Source of the DNA: Dehalococcoidia bacterium
GTDB taxonomy: Bacteria > Chloroflexota > Dehalococcoidia > Lucifugimonadales > UBA3495
Direction: 5' to 3'
NCBI GenBank assembly: GCA_965205495.1
Contig: CBDBHA010000002.1
Span: forward strand, 2,723,260-2,787,259
Length of the DNA: 64,000 bases
The translations under genes and the position numbers were made by a program. Below the pieces are notes generated by a model. That model had not been told where the DNA came from and made no database searches. It saw only the letters and a program-made list of their open reading frames with translations. This document shows, piece after piece, positions 44,768-53,464 of the stretch; position 1 is the first letter of the stretch, and each line of letters opens with the position of its first letter.

Positions 44768-46051
44768 GTGAGCCTCATGACAACCCAAATCCCTTACATC
44801 AACAACGCTCTGCGAGAGTATCGCAACGCCCTTTCGAAAGAATGCGCAAGCGGAGTCGCCACGGAACACTCCTATCGCCCGGCTCTCAAAACGCTGCTTG
44901 AAACACTGGGGGGAGAGGGTACCTTAGCCGTAAATGATCCAACCCACGTGGCTGCAGGAGCACCCGACTTTATAGTCGAAAACCACGGAATCCCCATCGG
45001 GCACGTTGAATGCAAGGATATCGCCAATGATCTGAGTGAAACGGAAAAAAGTGAACAACTGCGGCGTTACATGCTCGGTTTGCCCAACCTAATACTGACC
45101 GACTACCTGGAATTCCGATGGTATGTGGAAGGTCAATTGAGAGATTCCGCCCGTCTCGGTGCAGTGGCCCCAAACGGGGCGATCGTACCAGAGTCGTCGG
45201 GGGCCCAAGGCGTCGCCGCATTGCTTGACTCCTTTTTTAACTCGGGAGTACCGATAGTCAACACACCCCATGACCTAGCCCGACGCATGGCCGCCAAGGC
45301 CCGACTCCTACGGGAAGGAATAGCCAGAACTTTGGCCCAGGAAAACGAGGACGGGCAGTTGCACAGATACCTGGAAGCTTACCGAAAGGTTCTGATTGCC
45401 AGCCTCACCCCGGAAAACTTCGCGGACATGCAGGCCCAGACCTTCACCTACGGCCTGTTTGCGGCCAGATGCCACCACCAAAACGGGAGAAGCGGACCTT
45501 TCACCCGACAATCGGCGGTTTTCACCAACACGACCCCATTCCTGCAGGATGTGTTCTCTACTATCGCCGGACCCAACATCGACCCCGGTATTGCCTGGAT
45601 CGTTGATGACTTAGCCAGGCTTCTCGGCCAAGCCGACATGTCAGCCATTCTTGCCGATTTCGGGAGTCCCACGAGTGACCATGACCCAGTGGTGCATTTC
45701 TACGAGGACTTCCTCCACGCCTACGACCCAGAGTTGCAGGAGCTGCGAGGCGTTTACTACACCCCTGCGCCGGTAGTGTCGTACATCGTCCGCAGCATTG
45801 ACGCGCTCCTCAAGGACAACTTCTTCCTAAACGACGGATTAGCGGACACTCAGACCATCCATGTCGAAAATCCCGACGGGTCGCAGACGGAGAGCTCCAA
45901 GGTTCTCATTCTCGACCCTGCCGCCGGAACGGGTACATTCCTTCGAGAAGTAATCGTATCGGTACGAACAACCATTTTAGAAAAAGGACTGGGAGGTGCT
46001 TGGCCAGACTACGTGGAAAACCACCTTCTACCGCGGCTGTTCGGGTTCTAA
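44768..46051 (+). CDS. N-terminal part of a second type IIG-like R-M enzyme (PD-ExK nuclease + MTase motif I), ends at an in-frame TAA
   Basis: GAPDFIVENHG...GHVECKD (PD-ExK) and ILDPAAGTGTFL (motif I). It is collinear with 15011..18361 up to ...RLFGF*. G+C is about 50-53%. Confidence 0.8.
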   Translation: MSLMTTQIPYINNALREYRNALSKECASGVATEHSYRPALKTLLETLGGEGTLAVNDPTHVAAGAPDFIVENHGIPIGHVECKDIANDLSETEKSEQLRRYMLGLPNLILTDYLEFRWYVEGQLRDSARLGAVAPNGAIVPESSGAQGVAALLDSFFNSGVPIVNTPHDLARRMAAKARLLREGIARTLAQENEDGQLHRYLEAYRKVLIASLTPENFADMQAQTFTYGLFAARCHHQNGRSGPFTRQSAVFTNTTPFLQDVFSTIAGPNIDPGIAWIVDDLARLLGQADMSAILADFGSPTSDHDPVVHFYEDFLHAYDPELQELRGVYYTPAPVVSYIVRSIDALLKDNFFLNDGLADTQTIHVENPDGSQTESSKVLILDPAAGTGTFLREVIVSVRTTILEKGLGGAWPDYVENHLLPRLFGF

Positions 46052-46057
46052 CTCCTA

Positions 46058-48016
46058 ATGGCACCCTACGCTGTCTGCCACCTCAAGCTAGCCCAGGAGT
46101 TGGCAGGACCGGAAGCCGGTTTTGAACTGCCGGGCGGTTGCGGACTCAATGTCTTTCTTACCAACACACTGGAAGAACCCCATGAAGTGTCCCAAGGTCA
46201 GATAGCCCTCATGTCCCACGCCATCGCCCAAGAATCTACTAAAGCGGACGCCGTAAAACGAGACCACCCAGTAATGGTTATTCTGGGAAACCCGCCCTAC
46301 TCGGGTCATTCAGCTAACAAAGGCGAGTGGATTAAAAACCTGTTGCGTGGCAAGGACGGCACCGAAACCACCGGTAACTACTTCGAGGTTGATGGAAGTC
46401 CACTTAAAGAACGCAACATGAAGTGGGTCTCCGATGACTACGTAAAATTCATTCGCTACGCTCAACGCCGCATTGAGCGCACTAGGGAAGGGATATTAGG
46501 TTTCGTTACCAACCACGGTTATCTGGACAGTCCCACTTTCCGAGGTATGCGTCAGAGCCTTCTGGAAACCTTTGACCACATTTACGTGCTGGATCTCCAC
46601 GGAAACACAAAAAAGAGGGAGCGTTCTCCTGACGGGGGCAAAGACGAAAACGTCTTCGACATCCAGCAGGGCGTGGCGATTGGGTTGTTCGTGAAGTTCA
46701 AACAAGCCGATCAAGGCCCCGCGAAAGTGTACCACTCCGACGTTTTCGGAGAAAGGGGGTCAGGAAATAGTGGAAAGTACCCCTGGTTGGCCGCCAACGA
46801 CGTTACCACCACCAAATGGACGGAGTTGACCCCGAAACCCCCCCACTTCTTGTTCATTCCTCATGATGAAGGATTAACCGAGGAGTACTACGCGGGATGG
46901 AGCATTCCCAAAGTCTTCCCTATCAACTCGGTGGGTGTGACTACTGCCAGAGACAAATTCGCGATTCACTTCTCAGAGGATCGAGTTTCAAAATTGATTG
47001 GTGAGTTCGTAGACCTCAACCCCGAAGATGCCAGGATGATCTATCAATTGGGCAAGGACACCGATGACTGGAAAGTCAGCCTAGCCCAAAACGATATCAA
47101 GAACTCTGGGACAAGCCTCGAGTTGATAAAGTCTATTCTTTATAGACCGTTTGACACTCGATACACTTACTACTCCGGGAACAACCGGGGATTCATTTGT
47201 AGAACTCGGAAAAATGTCATGCACCACATGCTTGCGGGCCCCAATTATGGTCTTGCGACTTCCAGAGGAACCGAAATTGCGCGGGGGTGGGAGCATGTTT
47301 TTGTGTCCAAGGGGCTTATGCAACTCCACGCCGTTTCAACAAAAGAAACGAACTATCTCTTCCCGCTCTACAATTATCCGACCGAAGCACAAGAGAACAT
47401 CGGTCAGGTTCGGGAACCCAACATCAGTGCTGAATTCACCGAATCAGTCTCCAACGTTCTAGGGTTGGAATTCACTACTGCCGAATACGGCGATTTGCGG
47501 ACAACCGTGGGTCCTAATGACCTTTTCAATTATATCTACGCCGTTCTTCACAGTCCTGATTACCGCCAACGTTACGCTGACTTTCTCAAGTCCGACTTCG
47601 CGCGAGTGCCTCTCACCACCAACCTCGACCTCTTCACCGAGCTGACGGCTCTGGGTCAGAGGATGAAAACGCTGCACTTGATGGAATCTGCCGCGGACTC
47701 TATGCCATCCTACCCGCAAACAGGGACCAACCAAGTGGACAAAGTACGGTACCTCTCTCCCAAAGGGGAAGAATTGGGGCGGGTCTACATCAACAAGGAC
47801 CAGTACTTCGAAGGCGTGAGTCCTGAAACTTGGGATTTCCACATTGGAGGCACCCGACCCGCAGACAAGTGGCTTAAGGACCGCAAAGGCCGGGCCCTCA
47901 CTTTTGACGACATCGGGCATTACCGCCAGATCTGCGCCGTCCTGTCCGAATCCCGTGAACTCATGGCACAGATAGACCGGACCATCGAGGCCCACGGCGG
48001 ATGGCCACTACAATAA
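46058..48016 (+). CDS. C-terminal part of the same type IIG-like enzyme (MTase motif IV + specificity domain)
   Basis: It is in the same frame as 44768..46051 and restarts at an ATG 2 codons after the TAA. Motifs are ILGNPPYSGH (motif IV) and a C-terminal WDFHIGGTRPADKWLKDRKGR. Confidence 0.8.
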   Translation: MAPYAVCHLKLAQELAGPEAGFELPGGCGLNVFLTNTLEEPHEVSQGQIALMSHAIAQESTKADAVKRDHPVMVILGNPPYSGHSANKGEWIKNLLRGKDGTETTGNYFEVDGSPLKERNMKWVSDDYVKFIRYAQRRIERTREGILGFVTNHGYLDSPTFRGMRQSLLETFDHIYVLDLHGNTKKRERSPDGGKDENVFDIQQGVAIGLFVKFKQADQGPAKVYHSDVFGERGSGNSGKYPWLAANDVTTTKWTELTPKPPHFLFIPHDEGLTEEYYAGWSIPKVFPINSVGVTTARDKFAIHFSEDRVSKLIGEFVDLNPEDARMIYQLGKDTDDWKVSLAQNDIKNSGTSLELIKSILYRPFDTRYTYYSGNNRGFICRTRKNVMHHMLAGPNYGLATSRGTEIARGWEHVFVSKGLMQLHAVSTKETNYLFPLYNYPTEAQENIGQVREPNISAEFTESVSNVLGLEFTTAEYGDLRTTVGPNDLFNYIYAVLHSPDYRQRYADFLKSDFARVPLTTNLDLFTELTALGQRMKTLHLMESAADSMPSYPQTGTNQVDKVRYLSPKGEELGRVYINKDQYFEGVSPETWDFHIGGTRPADKWLKDRKGRALTFDDIGHYRQICAVLSESRELMAQIDRTIEAHGGWPLQ

Positions 48017-48353
48017 GGGAGCCTCTGAACAACGAGGCTTGAGCCAGGTTTTGCACCCGCTGCCCCCTGGGTTAACCGGCCAGGCAGCCTTGGGCAGTCT
48101 TTAAGTTAAACAGTCCCGGTAGCGGCCCCCGAAACGCTGCACCGATTCGGACTCGTTGAGCTAGCCATCCATTCCTGGGGCACTGAGATTGTAGAACTGT
48201 TGCAAGCACAAGCAGTTCTGGATTCCGGCTCAAGGCCGGAATGACGGTTTAATGTTAGGGTTTCCCCTTAACTCTGAACACTTACGCGGAGGCGCGTTGT
48301 TCACCAGTCCCCTGTCCTACCCGCCGGCCGTAAGCCGTCGTGGAATCGGCGGG

Positions 48354-49307
48354 TCAGTAGTCTTCCGGCATCAGGATGACGGTAACGTTGTTAGCCGCCG
48401 CCAGCGCGGTCCGTTGCTCGTCGATACGCGCTCCAATAACTGCGGGTATCGCCAGGCTGCCAGTGGCGGCAGCGAGTATTCCGGCCCGCTCAGAAGCCCT
48501 GGTGATGTCCCGGTCGCCGATGGTGATGGATGCCTCGGCAGCCACATAAACCTCCAGGCCGTCGTTCTGGCGCCGGCCATTGAAAATCAGGTCCACCGCC
48601 CACAGTTCGCCAACCTGTTCGAGGGTGATGGTCCCGCGCCCTTCGGCTTGGTTCACGAGTTCTTGGAGTTCGGGGGTCAGGCCGGTCCTAGCTCCGTAGA
48701 GGACCCTGGCCGAGCGGAACTGCAACTGTTGCGCGGCGAAGGTCCTGATGTTCTTTTCCACCTTGTATTCGTAGTTAGCTCCGAAACCGTTATCCATTCT
48801 ACCGTTCAACTGGTTGGCCGTGTCTTCGATTTTCCTGTTCAGTTGGTTGGCCGTGTCGTCAATTTTGGCGTTCAACTGGTTGGCCGTGTCGTCAATTTTC
48901 CTGTCCAGTCGGTTGGCCGTGTCGTCTATTTTGCTGTTCAACTGGTTGGCCAACTGGTTGGCCGTGTCTTCGATTTTCCTGTCTAGCCGGTTGGCCGTTT
49001 CGTCTATTTTGCTGTTCAACTGGTTGGCCGTGTCGTCTATTTTCCTGTCCAGCGCTTCGGTGCGGGCATAGATTGTTTCGTTAACCTGGGTCAGGCCGGA
49101 TTTTAGCTCGCCGACGTCATTTTCCAGCCGTTCCAGCCGCTCGTTGGTCAGGCGGTTGCTCTCCTGCGTCAGACGGACGAACTCGGCGAAGTGCCCGGGC
49201 AACTCCAGCAACTCTTGACTCAGCAGTATGCTGCGGATGGTGTCGGCCCAGTCCGGGTTTTCCCGAAGGATCCGGGCCAAGTCTTCGATGCCGTTGATGG
49301 TGGTCAT
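48354..49307 (-). CDS. coiled-coil protein with seven 11-residue repeats and a C-terminal PD-(D/E)XK-like (DUF3782/DUF1626-like) domain
   Basis: 317 aa. It has KI(D/E)DTANQLN(S/R/A) repeated seven times, followed by ...WAVDLIFNG...EVYVAAEASITIGDRDITRASERAGIL... Confidence 0.7.
   Translation of the reverse strand: MTTINGIEDLARILRENPDWADTIRSILLSQELLELPGHFAEFVRLTQESNRLTNERLERLENDVGELKSGLTQVNETIYARTEALDRKIDDTANQLNSKIDETANRLDRKIEDTANQLANQLNSKIDDTANRLDRKIDDTANQLNAKIDDTANQLNRKIEDTANQLNGRMDNGFGANYEYKVEKNIRTFAAQQLQFRSARVLYGARTGLTPELQELVNQAEGRGTITLEQVGELWAVDLIFNGRRQNDGLEVYVAAEASITIGDRDITRASERAGILAAATGSLAIPAVIGARIDEQRTALAAANNVTVILMPEDY
48804..49046. repeat. seven tandem 33-bp repeats (one with a 12-nt insertion), in-frame within 48354..49307
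   Basis: The units gttcaactggttggccgtgtcgtcaattttcct begin at 48804, 48837, 48870, 48903, 48936, 48981 and 49014. Confidence 0.9.
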
Positions 49308-49604
49308 GGACCAATTATACCTCCATTTCCTTGAAAGTCGCCCTGGGATGTTCCCACCGCCATTGGGTCACCGCCAGGACCACTCCCTCCGACAACCCGG
49401 CCCAAACCCACTCCACATCCTGCTGCCACTTCACCCCAAGCGCACCCTCTTTCCTCCGAATGACACTTTAAGCGCACCCTAACCTTCTCCCTTCTGTCAC
49501 CCCGAGCGGAGCGAGGTGTCTAAAATCCCTGCCCTGGCGCCTACCCCTAAACGAAAGGGCCCCACCCGCCGGTGCGCCCCTCAGCCGCGTCAATTCCGAA
49601 GCCT

Positions 49605-50063
49605 TTACGCCGGCGGGCCGTTCACCCGCTGCGCCAAATTCTTGGCAAACTCGTCCAGGGCCATATTGGCCTTCCGGCGGATGATCGGCTGGCCCAACTC
49701 CCCCAACCGGCCCATGAACGTCGTGTCGCTGTCGATTAGAAGCTCGGTCTGCCCGTCGGCCTGGTCTTCCAGCCGGATCGCAACTTCCGACTTCACCCCG
49801 CCGCCAACCCGCCGATCCGAAGCCTCCACCAGAAACCGCGCCTCCCCCTTGTCCTCGTCCTGCTCCAAAAGTTGAATCGTTCCCGACAAATTCAACGAAA
49901 TCGGCCCCACCCGCACCCGCATCACCGCCTCAAACTTCCCACCCTCCAGGGAAGACACCTCGCCAATCCCCGGCACGCACGCGGCGGCTAAGGGAACATT
50001 CATCACCAACCTCCAGGTCGTGTCCCGGTCCGCCGGCACCATGCAGCGGTTTTCCAGTTTCAT
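49605..50063 (-). CDS. coxG: CoxG/SRPBCC family carbon monoxide dehydrogenase subunit G-like protein
   Basis: MKLENRCMVPADRDTTWRLVMNVPLAAACVPG..., 152 aa. Confidence 0.8.
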   Translation of the reverse strand: MKLENRCMVPADRDTTWRLVMNVPLAAACVPGIGEVSSLEGGKFEAVMRVRVGPISLNLSGTIQLLEQDEDKGEARFLVEASDRRVGGGVKSEVAIRLEDQADGQTELLIDSDTTFMGRLGELGQPIIRRKANMALDEFAKNLAQRVNGPPA

Positions 50064-50161
50064 CTATGTGTCCCCCTGTCCTACTGCGTAGTTTCCAATT
50101 CCCATAATGCCAGGGGCGCACCAATATGTGCGCCCCCATTGGTTCCTACTTTGCCGAAGCG

Positions 50162-51034
50162 CTACCCCGCGTTGGCCGCCGCCGCTTGGATGGCGCGGCG
50201 GGCAAAGACCTCGGCCATGTCCCGCTTGTACCCCGCCGAACCCCGGTAGTCGTCCAGGGGATCAACCACGTCCTTTACCAGAGCAGCCGCCGCCCGGGTG
50301 TTCTCCTCCGTCAACGGCCTTCCCCTCAGGGCGTCTTCGGCGTCGGTGGCGTGGATCGCCGTAATCCCCACCGCGCCCAACGCCAGCTTGATTTCCTGGC
50401 AGACGTTCCCCTCTCCGACGGTAACAATGGCCGCCGCCGATACCGTCGGGTAGTCGTCGGCGGTGCGGGGCAGAAACTTCAGGTAGGCCGTCCCCGATCC
50501 CGTCGGCGCTGCGGGAATGGTAACCTTGGTCAGCACCTCGCCGGGCCGCACGTCGGTCTCGTAATAGTCCACCAAAAAGTCTTCCAACGCCACTTCCCGC
50601 TCCCCGTTGGCCGAAACCAGGGTCACCGTGGTCCCCAGGGTAATCAGCGTCGGCGGCGGGTCCTGGCTGGGATCGCCGTGGACCAGCCCGCCCCCCACCG
50701 TCGCCATGTGCCGGATGCGCGGCGTTGCCACGTGGCGGTAGGTCTCGCCCACGATGGGGACGGCCGAGGCCACGACTGGACTGGTGGCAGCCTCCTGCTG
50801 GGTGCAAAGCGCGCCGATGGTCAACCCGGCGTTCCCGTTGGACGTCTGCTCGATGCTGTTCATCCCCGGCACCCGCCGCAAGTTTATGACATGCTCCGGC
50901 TGCACCAGCCGCTGCTTCATCTGAATGACCAGCGCGGTCCCGCCGGCCATCACCCGGGCGTCGTCGCCGTAGGTGTCCAGCAGGCTGAAAACCTCTTCCA
51001 TGCTGGTGGGATTGTGAAACTGGAAGTCGATCAT
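50162..51034 (-). CDS. coxM: FAD-binding medium subunit of a xanthine dehydrogenase/CO dehydrogenase-family enzyme
   Basis: 290 aa: MIDFQFHNPTSMEEVFSLL...GGTALV... It overlaps coxS by 4 nt. Confidence 0.85.
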   Translation of the reverse strand: MIDFQFHNPTSMEEVFSLLDTYGDDARVMAGGTALVIQMKQRLVQPEHVINLRRVPGMNSIEQTSNGNAGLTIGALCTQQEAATSPVVASAVPIVGETYRHVATPRIRHMATVGGGLVHGDPSQDPPPTLITLGTTVTLVSANGEREVALEDFLVDYYETDVRPGEVLTKVTIPAAPTGSGTAYLKFLPRTADDYPTVSAAAIVTVGEGNVCQEIKLALGAVGITAIHATDAEDALRGRPLTEENTRAAAALVKDVVDPLDDYRGSAGYKRDMAEVFARRAIQAAAANAG

Positions 51035-51510
51035 CGGTTGGCCTCCTGGGTGGGGCCGATGGCCGCGACGATGGACTCAAGAATCTTGTAGTAACCCGTA
51101 CACCGGCATAGGTTCCCCATCATCCACTCCCGGATTTCCTCTTCGGTCGGGCTGGGATTCACATCCAAGAGGGCCTTGGCCGCCATGATCTGCCCGGGGG
51201 TGCAGATGCCGCACTGGAACCCGCCGTAGTCGACGAAGGCCTGCTGCAACGGGTGCAGCCGCCCGTCCTGCGCCAGCCCCTCGATGGTGGTTATCTCCGC
51301 GCCGTCGGCGGCCACCGCCAGGGTCAGGCACGAGGCAATCATGTTCCCGTCCACCAGAACGGTACACGCCCCGCAAACTCCGACGCTGCAACCTTCCTTG
51401 GTGCCGGTCAGCCCCAAATCGTAGCGCAAACAGTCCACCAAAAGACGGCGGGCCGGAACTTCCAATTCATGCTGAACCCCGTTAACGGTTAAGGTAATGC
51501 TCTGGTCCAT
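51031..51510 (-). CDS. coxS: (2Fe-2S)-binding small subunit of a xanthine dehydrogenase/CO dehydrogenase-family enzyme
   Basis: GCSVGVCGACTV and QCGICTPG cysteine clusters. The ORF extends to 51525. Confidence 0.9.
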   Translation of the reverse strand: MDQSITLTVNGVQHELEVPARRLLVDCLRYDLGLTGTKEGCSVGVCGACTVLVDGNMIASCLTLAVAADGAEITTIEGLAQDGRLHPLQQAFVDYGGFQCGICTPGQIMAAKALLDVNPSPTEEEIREWMMGNLCRCTGYYKILESIVAAIGPTQEANR

Positions 51511-51632
51511 AAGCCGTCCTCTCAATCTCTCGTAATCCCGTACGCCCTAAGCCTGTCCAAGGGCAGACGAACCCTTCATCAAACCACCCCATGGTATACC
51601 GGCGCCATTTTAGTGGCAAGGGAGTGTCCCAA

Positions 51633-52244
51633 TTAAGGTGTTACGCCAACCAGAACCAAGGGGACTGCCGGCACCCCCCGTCCCTGACGGACAACATTGA
51701 GCAAGTCCCGCTCATAATAAGGCACACCGGAGGACATCCCCCGTTCCAGTTCCTTCATGGGAAGGATTTCAATGCCCACGTCGATTACGTCCGAGACATA
51801 GAAACTCAAATGCTTTACGAACAGGTCATGGGCGACAAAGGCATATTTACCGAACTGCACCTCGACCGCAACGCGGTCTTTTACGCAATCTGTCTGGTTG
51901 TAAGACATGATCGGGGTTTGCCCGGCTTCTTCTATCGCTAGTTTCTGCTCGCTCTCGGGAAGGCCGTAAATGCCTCGCAGGATTTTTCCGTCATCAGTGA
52001 CCCAAAACGTACTTCGGCGCTCACTCCACCCCAAGCCCCGAAACCTTTCCTTAAACGCCTGGTTCATGTCGGTGGGGGAGAAAAGGAGCCTGCCTCGCAG
52101 GGTTCTTTCCCTTGAGACCTTGGTCCGACAAGCAGAGGCCTCTATCCCGGCAATTGCAGCTTGAACTTCTTCCCACAACTCCTTGCGGTGAACGAGCAGG
52201 TATTCCTCGCCGTTCAGGTGCGAGTAGCGATTCTTTATTTGCAT
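51633..52244 (-). CDS. type II restriction endonuclease, BglII/BamHI-fold-like
   Basis: 203 aa. DCVKDRVAVEVQFGK gives a D-x9-E-x-Q spacing like the BglII catalytic core. It overlaps the MTase stop by 1 nt (TGATG). G+C is about 52%. Confidence 0.6.
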   Translation of the reverse strand: MQIKNRYSHLNGEEYLLVHRKELWEEVQAAIAGIEASACRTKVSRERTLRGRLLFSPTDMNQAFKERFRGLGWSERRSTFWVTDDGKILRGIYGLPESEQKLAIEEAGQTPIMSYNQTDCVKDRVAVEVQFGKYAFVAHDLFVKHLSFYVSDVIDVGIEILPMKELERGMSSGVPYYERDLLNVVRQGRGVPAVPLVLVGVTP

Positions 52245-53170
52245 CAGTGCCCGCCATTGGGCTTATTGGGGTCGTAGATAGGTTTGCCCATTGGCCGAGT
52301 TGGCAGGTTGCCCTCGTACAGTCGTTGGACTCGTTGCCAGGCAATATTGACGTACTCAGGAACGATATCGCATCCATAGGCAACCCGCCCGTGCTTCAAT
52401 GCAGCAACAATTGACGACCCGGCCCCCATATAAGGATCGAAAACGTGATCTCCCAAATTGGTCATGGACAGAACAAGCCGTTCCACCAGCTCCACCGGGA
52501 ATTGACACGGATGGATCGTCTTTTCTGGGTGATTGGATTTGACATTGGGGAATTCCCAAACGTCGCTCGGGTTCTTCCCTTTCGGATTCCCCGATAGCTT
52601 ACCGGCGTTAGGTCCCTTGAAATGGCGCTTGCCGGGATACTTGGACGGAACCCTGATCGGGTCCAGGTTCCAGGTGTAGCAGTCGTTCTTCGTCCACCAA
52701 TTGATGGTTTCGTACCGGCCGGAAAGTCGCCTGGAGGAGTGCAGACCATGCCCGAAGTGCCAAACAATCCGGTTCCGAAGTTTCAGTCCCAGTTTTCGGA
52801 ACACGGGGTAAAGGACTGCGTCGAGAGGCACGATCTCCCCATTGTTGACGTAGTTGCCGACCTGCCAGCATATCGATCCTTGTGGATGTAGAACCCGGAC
52901 ACATCCGGCGATGACTTCCTCCTGCAGTTCGAGGTAGGTGTCGAAAGAGGTTCTGGACTCGTAGTCCTTTCCCAAATTGTATGGGGGCGAAGTGACCACA
53001 AGCTTCATCTGGTCATCAGGCAACTGCCCCAAGAAACTAAGGTTGTCTTCACAAGCCAAAACGACTTGGTCACCGGGTATATCCTGACGATCGCCCTTTG
53101 GGGAAAGAGCCAACGCCAGTCTCCCCTGAGTTTTTTCCGTTAGGGATTGGATATTATTAGCAGAGTGCAT
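52244..53170 (-). CDS. beta-class N4-cytosine/N6-adenine DNA methyltransferase
   Basis: LVVTSPPYNLGKDYE (motif IV SPPY) precedes FDPYMGAGSS (motif I). The ATG at 53170 is preferred; the ORF extends to 53335. Confidence 0.85.
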   Translation of the reverse strand: MHSANNIQSLTEKTQGRLALALSPKGDRQDIPGDQVVLACEDNLSFLGQLPDDQMKLVVTSPPYNLGKDYESRTSFDTYLELQEEVIAGCVRVLHPQGSICWQVGNYVNNGEIVPLDAVLYPVFRKLGLKLRNRIVWHFGHGLHSSRRLSGRYETINWWTKNDCYTWNLDPIRVPSKYPGKRHFKGPNAGKLSGNPKGKNPSDVWEFPNVKSNHPEKTIHPCQFPVELVERLVLSMTNLGDHVFDPYMGAGSSIVAALKHGRVAYGCDIVPEYVNIAWQRVQRLYEGNLPTRPMGKPIYDPNKPNGGH

Positions 53171-53200
53171 AGGCAGTACCCTCTCGCGCCACCCATCATC

Positions 53201-53228
53201 TAAGTAGATGCCTGTAAGTAGATGCCTG
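53201..53228. repeat. perfect tandem 14-mer (taagtagatgcctg x2) upstream of the MTase gene
   Basis: 53201-53214 and 53215-53228 are identical. They lie 31-58 nt upstream of the MTase ATG on the minus strand. Confidence 0.85.
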
Positions 53229-53344
53229 TCTCCACCCAGCTTTTGCTGCCGGTTCGACTCTCGATTGACGGGTAATCTACTACAGTACAGGCTAGGTGGA
53301 CTATAATGGCTTCGCCAGCACGAGTCCACCGACAATCGTAAGTG

Positions 53345-53460
53345 TTCAGAATTGCTGAGTCATCTTGACATTAAACCGTCATTCCGGACTCGAGCCGGAA
53401 CCCGAAATCCCGGTCATTTCGAACGCTGGTCCCTCCCGATCATTCTGGATTCCAGATCAA
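53345..53460. repeat. mosaic REP/MITE repeat
   Basis: gacattaaaccgtcattccggactcgagccggaa is the inverted form of 664-700. ...cggtcatttcgaacgctggtccctcc... is related to 627-655. Confidence 0.7.
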
Positions 53461-53464
53461 AGCC

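Noticed and set aside
48804-49046. Possible CRISPR array, or a non-coding VNTR, suggested by seven regularly spaced 33-bp repeats.
   Set aside because: The repeats are directly adjacent with no spacers, and they are in frame within a 317-aa ORF, encoding an 11-residue protein repeat. No cas genes are present in the window.
53240-53275. tRNA-like T-arm string (gccggttcgactctcg), which could indicate a tRNA-derived att site next to the R-M cassette.
   Set aside because: The flanking bases do not form a T-stem or acceptor stem, and there is no match to the tRNA-Gly in the window. It is probably coincidental.
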